Shown here: positions 1 to 8,587 of the stretch, piece by piece
Numbering within the stretch: position 1 is the first letter of the stretch
Layout of the letters: the number at the start of each line of letters is the position of its first letter
Origin: a virus
DNA length: 64,000 bases
IMG/VR virus record: IMGVR_UViG_3300025141_000021
Strand: one strand, 5' to 3'
The notes under the pieces: generated by a model
Databases searched by the model: none
What the model was told of the DNA's origin: nothing
Seen by the model: the letters and a program-made list of their open reading frames with translations, nothing else
Translations under genes and position numbers: made by a program

Positions 1-420
1 TAAACCATTAATGTTCTCGTCATCAAAAACTAATAACTGATTATAGGTCATTTTAGTCAATCTTGAGTTCTTTGTTATTATCTTTAACGTCTTGTTTTCC
101 TCGATTCTTATCGAATAAACTTTATCAGCTAGCGGCAAAAGACCGGCGAGAGATAAAAAAAATAAAATGCATCTCCACGTTTCGAATTTGGCGCCACCAA
201 CCTCTTTTTTGCCGGCCAGTGTTGTTATTTTCTGTTCACTGTTAAGCAAACTTATCTTTTGGAGATCCACATCCTTATCAAAAAAATCAGTGTGGAGGGG
301 CGCCTTATTGACATTTATTATTAATGGTAAATTATTTAAATACGCATAAACTACTGCACTAAGGCTACCGCCAATAACGAGTTTATCAAATTGATAAACA
401 TGGTTACTTAATGATGCCAA
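1..420 (-). CDS. Partial CDS (runs off left edge), Rossmann-like N-terminus, possible FAD/NAD-binding protein
   Basis: Hand-translated and absent from the ORF track. TTG at 420 with GGAG 9 nt upstream; open to position 1: MASLSNHVYQFDKLVIGGSLSAVVYAYLNNLP..., a beta-alpha dinucleotide-binding-like motif. Confidence 0.6.
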   Translation of the reverse strand, partial: MASLSNHVYQFDKLVIGGSLSAVVYAYLNNLPLIINVNKAPLHTDFFDKDVDLQKISLLNSEQKITTLAGKKEVGGAKFETWRCILFFLSLAGLLPLADKVYSIRIEENKTLKIITKNSRLTKMTYNQLLVFDDENINGL

Positions 421-682
421 GGACGTAATTCTCCAGAACTAGGTGATATATCACATCTTCATAATCAATTGCCTGCATCATGCTGGTGTTAATAGCTAGA
501 ATATCTCCTTCTTCGTAAAGCTCAGAAGATTTAGCGTCTGGAGCAAAGGCTACCAGTCTCGCAATCGTATGTTCTTTTGGATCTTTATAGTCCTCTGGCA
601 ACAATATACCAGTCTCAATCTTTTCTTCAGCGATAGGTTCAACTAAAAAATGACGATTTCTTGGAATTAAACTCTTTTTCAT
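404..682 (-). CDS. groES: Co-chaperonin GroES/Cpn10 (92 aa; start reassigned to MKKSLIP)
   Basis: MKKSLIPRNRHFLVEPIAEEKIETGILLP matches the Cpn10 N-terminus and mobile loop (GIxLP); also EGD..L and YHLVLENYVLGII C-terminus. Confidence 0.8.
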   Translation of the reverse strand: MKKSLIPRNRHFLVEPIAEEKIETGILLPEDYKDPKEHTIARLVAFAPDAKSSELYEEGDILAINTSMMQAIDYEDVIYHLVLENYVLGIIK

Positions 683-695
683 ATTATCTCTCTTT

Positions 696-3119
696 CTAAC
701 CACATTTCGAATATCCACAGTTTTTACAGGAAACGCATCCTTCAATATAAATTAGGCCGTCGGTCTTACACTCAGAACAAGTTTTTTCAGACGCTTTTGT
801 GCCGTCTTTGATATAGTTCTTCAATACTCTCGACACACATTTGGCAAAACTAAATAAATCTGAATCTCTATCCTTTTGCATCTGTTCAACAACATACTGT
901 ATGCTAGCACCGTGACGAAGCCCCAACGATATCATTCTGGTAAATGCTGAGTGGTCTGGATTATCAAATACTTTCACCAAATCTTTGACAATGATGCTGT
1001 CGCCATTTCGACCAATTTTTAGGTCATATATTGAATTTATCGTCTTTCGTGGATGTTTAACCAGCAAGCCTTCTGTATACTTCTTGGGTAGTTCAATCAA
1101 ATTCGAGGCGCCTCCCATAACCTCATACGGCTTGCCCTCCATTAATCCAACCATAATTATCCATCTTTCTCCCTGAATCGTCGTGTGGTGAATGTTGCAA
1201 GGAAGTTCAATTGGTCGTCGAGGGGCTTTATGCTGTGGAAACACTTCCGTGCCCCTTTTCTTTGTAACCAAAACGCCGCTGCGAGATCCATCAACATAAA
1301 CCGTTAACCCCTTCAGTCCCAGTTTCCAGCCCTGAAAATATAATTCACCAACAACTTCTGGCGTGGTGTCAGAAGGTAGATTAATGGTTGAACTAATCGA
1401 ATGGTCGATGTTTTTCTGAATTACTGCTTGAACTGCAATTCGCCTTGTCCAATCGATACTGTTTGATTCCACAAAAAAATCTGGTGGTTGGTCAGGATCC
1501 TCAAACGGGTGCCAATTTAGCCAATCCTGTACGTTGTGGTGAAAAACCTTATATTCTGACCACTTGTCTCCCAGATCATCGATAAAATCCGCTTCAACGT
1601 CTTGTTCGTCGTGCGAAAGTTTTCTACGTCGAATATACCAGTTTCGAAATACCGGCTCCAAGCCAGAACTGGTCTGAGACATAATTGAAACAGAGCCGGT
1701 TGGCGCATTAGTCAGAATTGAAATGTTTCTTCTCCCATGCTTCGCAATCAAGTTCTTAAGAGGATCTGGCAATCGTTGGATATAATGATTGTTTTTCTCT
1801 AGCTCCCAATCAAATACAGAAAAGGCGCCTCGTTCTTGAGCTAGTCTAACACTTTCATAATATGCGGCATTCCTAGTCGTTTCGTAAATTTTTTCAATAA
1901 CCTTTATCGCTTCGTCGGAATCGTACCGTAGCCCTAGCCTAGCAATTGCATCTGCTAATCCATGGGTACCCAGGCCGGTGCGGCGACCAGAAATACACGC
2001 ATTTAATAAGCTTGTCCACAGCTTTATTTCATCGGGCGTGTCACAGCTTTGAATTAAATGATCTAGTTTTTCAATCTCCAGTTCAACAAGATCGTCGGAT
2101 AGCCGCATCCCCATACGAGCGATTTCTCCTAGTTTAACAAAATTAAATTCTGCATCATTCTCGAACGGGTTGTCAACTAAGTGCTTGAGGTTAATAGATA
2201 TTAATCTGCAGCTATCGTATGCCGATAGTGGTATTTCTCCACATGGGTTTGTGGTTATAGTCTCAAAGCCCTTATCTTTATACGAATGTGCCGGAAGATT
2301 GTTAATTATATTGTCCCACATTAAAAGCCCAGGCTCGGCGGTAGTTGTTGCGGAATTTATAATCGTATTCCAGAGTTCTTCTGCTTCTATCTCTTTTGTG
2401 TGAGTTGGGTTGTCAGAGCCTATTGGAAAATGCAAAGTAAACTTCTCTTTATTTTCGACAGCTGACATGAAAGAATTGTTTATTTTCACTGAAACATTCG
2501 CTCCTGTGACTTTAGTGAGATCTTTCTTCATTACAACAAATTTCTCAATATCGGGATGGCGAATATCCATCGATATCATTAATGCGCCCCTGCGGCCATT
2601 TTGGCCAATCATACGGCAGACATAAGAATAGAAATCAGCGAAAGACCAAGCTCCAGTAGTAGTCCTAGCAGAATTATTAACAATAGCACCTTCAGGCCGA
2701 AGATTAGAAATGTCCAGACCAACTCCACAACGGCGCTTAAAGAGATTAGCGAGATCTTTACCAGCATCCACAATAGAGGAAATGTTATCTTGAGGACTAT
2801 CAACAACAACACAATTAGACAGAGATACATTAACATGATTATTTCCAATTCCCATCATAGGAGACCCTTGAGGGACAATATGCTTAAATTTATGCAAAGC
2901 GTCATATATTTCTTCTGTAGTAAGCGCTTCGCCACCAAACTTTTGTTCTATTCTGGCAAACTCTTTTGTTAAACGTTTGTGCATATCATCTGGCGTTTTC
3001 TCCAAAAATTCGCCATTTGTATCTTTAAGACAATATTTTGTCATAAAAACGTTTGTTGCCAGTTCATCGCCGCCAAAATATTCGAGCGTAGCCTCTCTTA
3101 CCTCTTTGCTATCATACAT
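696..3119 (-). CDS. nrdJ: Class II (adenosylcobalamin-dependent) ribonucleotide reductase
   Basis: PQGSP, SLSNC, RRGALM, catalytic NPCGEIPL and NAPTGS motifs; C-terminal TSCPD-like region and Cys-rich zinc ribbon (CSEC...CVSCKNCGYSKC). Confidence 0.93.
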   Translation of the reverse strand: MYDSKEVREATLEYFGGDELATNVFMTKYCLKDTNGEFLEKTPDDMHKRLTKEFARIEQKFGGEALTTEEIYDALHKFKHIVPQGSPMMGIGNNHVNVSLSNCVVVDSPQDNISSIVDAGKDLANLFKRRCGVGLDISNLRPEGAIVNNSARTTTGAWSFADFYSYVCRMIGQNGRRGALMISMDIRHPDIEKFVVMKKDLTKVTGANVSVKINNSFMSAVENKEKFTLHFPIGSDNPTHTKEIEAEELWNTIINSATTTAEPGLLMWDNIINNLPAHSYKDKGFETITTNPCGEIPLSAYDSCRLISINLKHLVDNPFENDAEFNFVKLGEIARMGMRLSDDLVELEIEKLDHLIQSCDTPDEIKLWTSLLNACISGRRTGLGTHGLADAIARLGLRYDSDEAIKVIEKIYETTRNAAYYESVRLAQERGAFSVFDWELEKNNHYIQRLPDPLKNLIAKHGRRNISILTNAPTGSVSIMSQTSSGLEPVFRNWYIRRRKLSHDEQDVEADFIDDLGDKWSEYKVFHHNVQDWLNWHPFEDPDQPPDFFVESNSIDWTRRIAVQAVIQKNIDHSISSTINLPSDTTPEVVGELYFQGWKLGLKGLTVYVDGSRSGVLVTKKRGTEVFPQHKAPRRPIELPCNIHHTTIQGERWIIMVGLMEGKPYEVMGGASNLIELPKKYTEGLLVKHPRKTINSIYDLKIGRNGDSIIVKDLVKVFDNPDHSAFTRMISLGLRHGASIQYVVEQMQKDRDSDLFSFAKCVSRVLKNYIKDGTKASEKTCSECKTDGLIYIEGCVSCKNCGYSKCG

Positions 3120-4503
3120 CTTTACTATCTCCCTTTTTTTGATTGCGATATTGTTTATACTTTTCTCTTAATGTTTTTGCCTCTTCCTTGGCTGAATTTT
3201 GCGCAATTTCTCCTATTGTTTCTCCAGTTGGGTCCAACACCTCAATTGCAACGTTACTTGGGTCCATAAAAATCGGATATATCAAGCCGTCTGGCCCGTT
3301 TCTATTTTTTGCTATAAAAATCCGGCCGCCTTTGGTATTTTTATCCTCGATGGTGCGAGAAACAGAAAATATGAAATCAGCTACGAAACATTTACTAAAT
3401 GCTTCCGATATCGACTCCATGGTTATGACTTCGGCGTTTAATCCAGAACGATTTGTCTGAGAAGCCGTCCAAATCGGACATTCAAATTCTTGAGCCATGC
3501 CTCGCAGTTCTTCATAAATAGATTCCAGGTCGTGTCTCTTCTCTCTGGTTACAGTAACCGGCTTAAGTAAATCTCCGTAGTCTACGATCACCATATCGAT
3601 ATCCATACCCCGTTGCCTAAGCTTCTCAAGATGGCTTTTAATAGTTCTGGTTGAGGCAGACTTGGTTGGGTATTCTTTTACGACTAGAGTGCCCTTTATA
3701 TCTTTTACCGCTTCAAACACTTTCTCTTTCATTGGGATTAAATCACCAAGATCAATACTGGTAATACAACTATCATATCGCGAAGCAATAGAAACATCTG
3801 CCAATTCTAAAGTATAGTGCACCACCGTTTTTCCTATTTTCAAAGCCTCGGTGCCGAGATGGACGAGAACCATGGATTTTCCAGCACCAGTAGGAGAGAT
3901 AACAACGCCAAGTTCGCCTTTTCCCAGCCCATTTCTAGATATGAGATCGATCTGGTCCCAGCCAGTCGTGATTGGACTTCGCGATTTAATTTGAAATCTC
4001 TCTTCAAAGTCTTTAACGTAGTCATACCCATAATCGTTGTTGGCGCCAAGTTTAAGCGCATCATTAATTACCTTCGAAACATCGTCAAAGGAAGACTTTT
4101 GCAAAAGTTTAACAGATTTTACAATCGCCTCTTTCAGCTTTTGTTTTCTACAAAAATCTAGTGACTGCTCTTTGATATAATCGGCATCGTGTATCGGCGT
4201 TGTGCACTTGCTGATTCTTACAAAATAATCTCTAATTGCCTTTTTTGTGGTCTCGGATTCATCTTCAAATTCCGTTCGAACTATTGTGTACATTATTTTA
4301 TAAGAAGGGTGTACACCATATCTCTCACGATATGCAAAAATTTTATTTGTAAATGCTTGTAAGTACTTGAGTTCTAAAAAATTTATGTCTAGTACTTCTT
4401 GCATCTGATCGCAAAAAGTCCTCTCTTCCAGAATGAGCTGAGTTAAGTTTTCTTGGAAATGTTTTCCAAACTTTGAAAAGTTATCTGTCTCATATAGATT
4501 CAC
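3112..4503 (-). CDS. dnaB: DnaB/T4 gp41-like replicative helicase
   Basis: Walker A SPTGAGKS, Walker B VIVDYGDL, TASQTNR and KNRNG motifs; GTG start with AAGGAG RBS. Confidence 0.93.
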   Translation of the reverse strand: MNLYETDNFSKFGKHFQENLTQLILEERTFCDQMQEVLDINFLELKYLQAFTNKIFAYRERYGVHPSYKIMYTIVRTEFEDESETTKKAIRDYFVRISKCTTPIHDADYIKEQSLDFCRKQKLKEAIVKSVKLLQKSSFDDVSKVINDALKLGANNDYGYDYVKDFEERFQIKSRSPITTGWDQIDLISRNGLGKGELGVVISPTGAGKSMVLVHLGTEALKIGKTVVHYTLELADVSIASRYDSCITSIDLGDLIPMKEKVFEAVKDIKGTLVVKEYPTKSASTRTIKSHLEKLRQRGMDIDMVIVDYGDLLKPVTVTREKRHDLESIYEELRGMAQEFECPIWTASQTNRSGLNAEVITMESISEAFSKCFVADFIFSVSRTIEDKNTKGGRIFIAKNRNGPDGLIYPIFMDPSNVAIEVLDPTGETIGEIAQNSAKEEAKTLREKYKQYRNQKKGDSKDV

Positions 4504-4529
4504 GAATTCTCCTTAAAACTGTACACTTG

Positions 4530-4558
4530 ATAATACTACAAATTTCGAATTTCGTCAA
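4530..4558 (-). promoter_or_regulatory. Sigma70-type early/middle promoter upstream of the helicase
   Basis: Minus strand TTGACG (4558-4553), 17-nt spacer, TATTAT (4535-4530), in the intergenic gap. Confidence 0.75.
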
Positions 4559-4563
4559 GGCAT

Positions 4564-5340
4564 CTATTGATGAATTGACATTTTTCTATCATATGCGTTT
4601 CGTTTGATATCGTTTAGCTTAGCAAGATAATCTTCGCGGCGCAGAACTTTAAATGCGAGATTTTCAACCGAAAACGCGCCACCGGTTTCTAGCCCGGTTT
4701 TCCTCATTCTTCGAATTTTGTCTTTCAGCCTTTCGACGGAACTTATCGCCAAATCATGTTCTTCTTCATCAAAAAGATCTTCAATTCGATCTATTTCGTC
4801 CATTAGGCCGGCTGCTTTGAGTCTTATTTGAGATTCGTCAAAATCTTCAACACTTCGCGAAGGGCGCAAAATCCACGCATCGCTCATAATTGAATAAAGG
4901 CCCGTGGATGCATGTGGTTCCGTGTTGTCTTGTACATAAAGCTCAACTTCAAAACCGTGAATCTCTATCTGATGTTCTCTGTTCCAAAGGGCGCGCTTAG
5001 CATTTAAGTATTCGCGTACCAAATCCTCATTTTCATCAACTTGGGCGTAATCTACAATAATGTGTAAATCAATGTCCGAAAACCTCGACCAGTTATAATT
5101 TGCCAGCGATCCGGTCAAAACAATATCTAATGTGTCGACCCATGGAATTGCAAGCCATTGCCAAAAATCTTCTACTATTTCAAGTAAATTTTTGACGATT
5201 TCGGGATTCATCTTTTCGTTATTGTCAACCCATACCTTTTGGTTTAAGTCATCCTGAACTTCGAAACTGGAAAGGTCTATAGCATCAGGATCGACATCCT
5301 CCTGTACGTATTTCTGCCAGTTTTCAATTAGGGCCCTCAT
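4564..5340 (-). CDS. Pol-beta-superfamily nucleotidyltransferase (258 aa; start reassigned to MRALIENW)
   Basis: hG[S] and DxD motif IVLTGSLANYNWSRFSDIDLHIIVD, third acidic strand EVELYVQD, helical C-terminus; ATGA overlap with the upstream gene stop. Confidence 0.8.
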   Translation of the reverse strand: MRALIENWQKYVQEDVDPDAIDLSSFEVQDDLNQKVWVDNNEKMNPEIVKNLLEIVEDFWQWLAIPWVDTLDIVLTGSLANYNWSRFSDIDLHIIVDYAQVDENEDLVREYLNAKRALWNREHQIEIHGFEVELYVQDNTEPHASTGLYSIMSDAWILRPSRSVEDFDESQIRLKAAGLMDEIDRIEDLFDEEEHDLAISSVERLKDKIRRMRKTGLETGGAFSVENLAFKVLRREDYLAKLNDIKRNAYDRKMSIHQ

Positions 5341-6506
5341 ACGTTTGGGTTTCCAAGCATTATTTTTAGTTCGTCTTTGCGGCCGGATACGCTTCTGGTA
5401 TACCAGCCATTGTATTCTGAATATTTCTCTTCTGGATGATCGCCAAGCCAATTAATTGGTTTGTTAGACCCAAGGACCTTTTGAACTGTTTCTGGATCAC
5501 CAACAAAAGGAACGCCATATCTCGTAATCATGATGTGTGCAATTGCTTTTGACATTTCTGCGTAATATCCGGGCTCATATAATAATTCTGCAGTTTTTTC
5601 TAGATACGCAGTTTTCGCACTTTTAGAGCCATCATGTCCAGAACCAGTCAATTTGACGCCATGGGGAGTTTTTTTACCAAATCGAACAGCGTCAGGGTCT
5701 GGATCGTCATCAACATCTGTGGCTATCCATTCATCATGATCAGCCGGTACATCTGAAGCTTTTTTGAAATCAAAATGGCCTCCTATTTTTGAATAGGCCG
5801 TATCAATAAGACCATATATTTCATCCGTTAAATCGACATTTTTTGGGTCATATTCAAAATCTCCTGTTGGAATGTCGACCCACTTATTCTTTGGAGCTTC
5901 ATAGTCAGCAAAAACTTTTTCGCTCAAATCGATATTTTCTGATAATTCTTGACCCAAAGATCTCATGGTTGCTTTCTTGACTATTCCTGATTTTCCAATA
6001 GCAGCTGCAGCGGTACCCAAATTTAAATCACCAGCGCTGCGATCAGTTCCAGCAGAGCCGGCAACAGTTCGGTCATTAAAAATTGTTTTTAATTCATTTT
6101 CAAGCCAGTCATTGATATTCCAACCAGCTGGAATTTGTTCATTCGGTGACTGCTTTGATATTAAATCAGACAGGCGATTAAGTAGTGTATTTTCAACTCT
6201 GTCATCAATTAATTTAGAATATTCATCATCAACGTTAAACATATCTAAAAATGGAAATTTATCAGTTTTCTGATCCGGTAATTTGCCAACATTCTTTATA
6301 AGGCCTTTAATACCGCCAGCCGCCCTGATAAAATCTACAATTGCGTTACCACCGAGAAGTCGACTAGCTATCCCCGCAACTTCTGAGCCCTTTTTTGCTA
6401 GCAAAACTGTGTCTAAAACCTTTTTTAGCTCGCCCCAGGTGTCTTCGGTTATAATTTCTTCTTGATAGCCACGCCAATTCTCCATTAACACTTTCATATC
6501 AGACAT
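5337..6506 (-). CDS. Hypothetical 389-aa protein, probably two modules and possibly virion-packaged
   Basis: Long ORF preceded by the late motif; N-terminus MKVLMENWRGYQEEIITE resembles that of the downstream NTase; internal LSENIDLSE linker. Confidence 0.75.
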   Translation of the reverse strand: MSDMKVLMENWRGYQEEIITEDTWGELKKVLDTVLLAKKGSEVAGIASRLLGGNAIVDFIRAAGGIKGLIKNVGKLPDQKTDKFPFLDMFNVDDEYSKLIDDRVENTLLNRLSDLISKQSPNEQIPAGWNINDWLENELKTIFNDRTVAGSAGTDRSAGDLNLGTAAAAIGKSGIVKKATMRSLGQELSENIDLSEKVFADYEAPKNKWVDIPTGDFEYDPKNVDLTDEIYGLIDTAYSKIGGHFDFKKASDVPADHDEWIATDVDDDPDPDAVRFGKKTPHGVKLTGSGHDGSKSAKTAYLEKTAELLYEPGYYAEMSKAIAHIMITRYGVPFVGDPETVQKVLGSNKPINWLGDHPEEKYSEYNGWYTRSVSGRKDELKIMLGNPNV

Positions 6507-6525
6507 ATGTGAAACCCCTATACGT

Positions 6526-6534
6526 ATAATTAGT
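6526..6534 (-). promoter_or_regulatory. Putative late promoter ACTAATTAT
   Basis: Same motif class as found before the capsid, tail and neck genes; 20 nt upstream of the 6506 start. Confidence 0.55.
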
Positions 6535-7501
6535 CTTTATTCTTGCTCTCAACCACAATTCTTTTCATCGTTGAAAACAAATCTTCAAGACCGGTTTCCG
6601 CGAATCCGTCTTCAATTATCATTGTCCGAGTACGAGTTAAATTAAATTCTGGAATAAAATTCTTAATGGTGGACTTTATCTTTCTTTTTCCCTGTACAGA
6701 AATTGATGGAGCGTACAATTGCATCATTTTATAGTTACTCTTGACCACATCTTCATTTTCCAGAATGCTGTCATAAACTTTTAGATTGCTGTCAGCTTTT
6801 TCACACTGATCTAAAATTTCAGTTATTGTATATGACTTTTCCTCCGCTAAAAACGGAAATCTTTTAGCTACAGTTGCAAGGCCAACTCCACCAACCCCTT
6901 GTAGATTATCAGACTTATCGCCAACGATAGCTCTTGCCAGTGCAAAATTGTTTGGATGAATCTTATACTTCTTAACAATGTCATTTGAATTTAATACCTC
7001 TTTTTGAATTGGACGGAATAAAACCGTATTCCCGTCACATAATTGTAAAAAATCTTTATCGCTTGAAACGATAACCCTTTGCCATTCTTCATATCGCGGG
7101 TTTTGTACAACTTGAGCGATAATATCATCGGCCTCGACCGCTGCAAGCATAAGCTGGATAACTGCCAAATTATTCAGATATTCAGCCAGTCTTGTTTGTT
7201 GCCAAACCTTATTTTCAATCTCTTCGTTCTCGGTTAGGTTTCGAATATCTCTATTCAGTCTGATCGGGTTTCTTCCAGCTTTGTAATTCTTATTTACCAA
7301 CTTTCTCTTGCGAGAGCCGCCTTCCCCGTCCCAACATACAATAATTTCATCCGGATGAGTCTCTCGACAAAGTTTTTGAAGAATCTTTAAAAACCCGACC
7401 ATGCCACCAATTGGCTGACCATTAGTCGATAAAGTTGGGTTGACGATATATGCTCTGTAATACATATTCAAAGCATCGATTACTAGTAGTCTTTTAGCCA
7501 T
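6530..7501 (-). CDS. 5'-3' exonuclease / flap endonuclease (T4 RNase H or PolI N-terminal domain family)
   Basis: LLVIDALN, CWDGEGG, EADDII, VSSDKDFLQL and H3TH motif GDKSDNLQGVGGVG. Confidence 0.92.
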   Translation of the reverse strand: MAKRLLVIDALNMYYRAYIVNPTLSTNGQPIGGMVGFLKILQKLCRETHPDEIIVCWDGEGGSRKRKLVNKNYKAGRNPIRLNRDIRNLTENEEIENKVWQQTRLAEYLNNLAVIQLMLAAVEADDIIAQVVQNPRYEEWQRVIVSSDKDFLQLCDGNTVLFRPIQKEVLNSNDIVKKYKIHPNNFALARAIVGDKSDNLQGVGGVGLATVAKRFPFLAEEKSYTITEILDQCEKADSNLKVYDSILENEDVVKSNYKMMQLYAPSISVQGKRKIKSTIKNFIPEFNLTRTRTMIIEDGFAETGLEDLFSTMKRIVVESKNKD

Positions 7502-7673
7502 GCAGTAGTCCTAATTCTTTTCCGCGGCATGCAGCAGCAGATTCATTTATATATTTCTTTTTTCGCCACTCAATAATATAAAGCAGCTCATTCTCTATTT
7601 TTAATGTCGAAACGATCTGGCCGGCTCTTCCGGATCGGTGTACTACTTTATCACCGATCCTTAGTTTTGCCAT
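7494..7673 (-). CDS. Small 59-aa SH3/KOW-like protein (below the ORF-track cutoff)
   Basis: MAKLRIGDKVVHRSGRAGQIVSTLKIENELLYIIEWRKK...; AAGGA RBS; overlaps both neighbours and fills the 7501-7651 gap exactly. Confidence 0.65.
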   Translation of the reverse strand: MAKLRIGDKVVHRSGRAGQIVSTLKIENELLYIIEWRKKKYINESAAACRGKELGLLHG

Positions 7674-8118
7674 GTCCTTCTACCGCTGCTAGCATAGCAA
7701 CTAGTGCATCATTGTCATTCATTCGATGATCTTCTCCGGTTTTGATTAGCCTAGCCTTGTTTAGTGTTGATAGTAATACACTGTCATCGTATGGTATAAC
7801 ATCGTCATTTTCTGAGTGTAAAATGGTCGAATTTCTGGCAATTTTAGCGCTGTTGCCATATTTGTTCCATGCGGGAGCTATTAGAACTAGGCGGGCGCCT
7901 CTGGGGTCAATTCCCATCGCCACTGCACCGCCGCGGCTGGATCCAACAATCACATCGGGTATATGGTCGTCAATAGTAGCTTGTGCGACGAATAACGATT
8001 CTTGAAAATCATTATTTGGAAGTTCGGGCTCATAAACTTCATGGCCTGCACTTTGTAAATATTTTGGCTTATCACCACCTGGTTTGGATTCCAATCCATG
8101 TAAAAAAATTATTTTCAT
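7651..8118 (-). CDS. Alpha/beta hydrolase (YqiA/YcfP-like esterase)
   Basis: IFLHGLES oxyanion loop, VGSSRGG nucleophile elbow, LHSENDDVIP acid, EDHRM histidine. Confidence 0.88.
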   Translation of the reverse strand: MKIIFLHGLESKPGGDKPKYLQSAGHEVYEPELPNNDFQESLFVAQATIDDHIPDVIVGSSRGGAVAMGIDPRGARLVLIAPAWNKYGNSAKIARNSTILHSENDDVIPYDDSVLLSTLNKARLIKTGEDHRMNDNDALVAMLAAVEGHGKTKDR

Positions 8119-8519
8119 GCTATCTCTTTCTCAAGTTTAAATGTCTCAATTGTTCCTTTTGAAGTTGTATATGTTACCTTTTTAACACCACAATGTATTA
8201 GTGCAGCTTCACACATAGAACACGGTTTGCTCATACGAGCGTTGCCCTCGTTGTTAATCCTGGCGACATATACAGTTGAGCCTTGCGTCACACTTCTGTC
8301 CAAACCAAGAATTACACCAAGCTCTGCGTGAAGTGTCGGGTTTCCTTGGTCATTCCTTCTAAATCGACAGCCAAAGCCGCAATATCGATCTTTGTTACTT
8401 GAAACGTTTCTTACTGAACTGCCCTTAACCAAAACTGCACCGTGTCTAAATTTTCCATAATTAGATTGCATTGCAATTGTCTTTGCTAGTGAAATGTATT
8501 TGTTTGCTTTTCTAGACAT
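8115..8519 (-). CDS. Zinc-dependent cytidine/dCMP deaminase-family protein
   Basis: HGAVLV, LHAE and KPCSMC zinc motifs. Confidence 0.85.
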   Translation of the reverse strand: MSRKANKYISLAKTIAMQSNYGKFRHGAVLVKGSSVRNVSSNKDRYCGFGCRFRRNDQGNPTLHAELGVILGLDRSVTQGSTVYVARINNEGNARMSKPCSMCEAALIHCGVKKVTYTTSKGTIETFKLEKEIA

Positions 8520-8526
8520 TATAAGT

Positions 8527-8571
8527 GACAGCCCCTATTCTAAGTTTACTAGAATAGGGGCTGTCTGTCAA
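8527..8571 (-). promoter_or_regulatory. Sigma70 promoter embedded in a perfect 16-bp inverted repeat
   Basis: TTGACA (8571-8566), 17 nt, TAAACT (8548-8543). Arms gacagcccctattcta (8527-8542) and tagaataggggctgtc (8550-8565); 7-nt loop holds the -10. Confidence 0.75.
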
Positions 8572-8587
8572 GAAAAAACTGAAACTT

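Noticed and set aside
4564-5340. CBASS CD-NTase / defence operon
   Set aside because: No adjacent Cap effectors and no recognisable CD-NTase-specific C-terminal motifs; only the generic Pol-beta core is supported.
7632-7660. 9-bp perfect hairpin GGATCGGTG/CACCGATCC at the esterase stop
   Set aside because: Lies inside overlapping coding sequence with no U-tract and no second copy; function unsupported.
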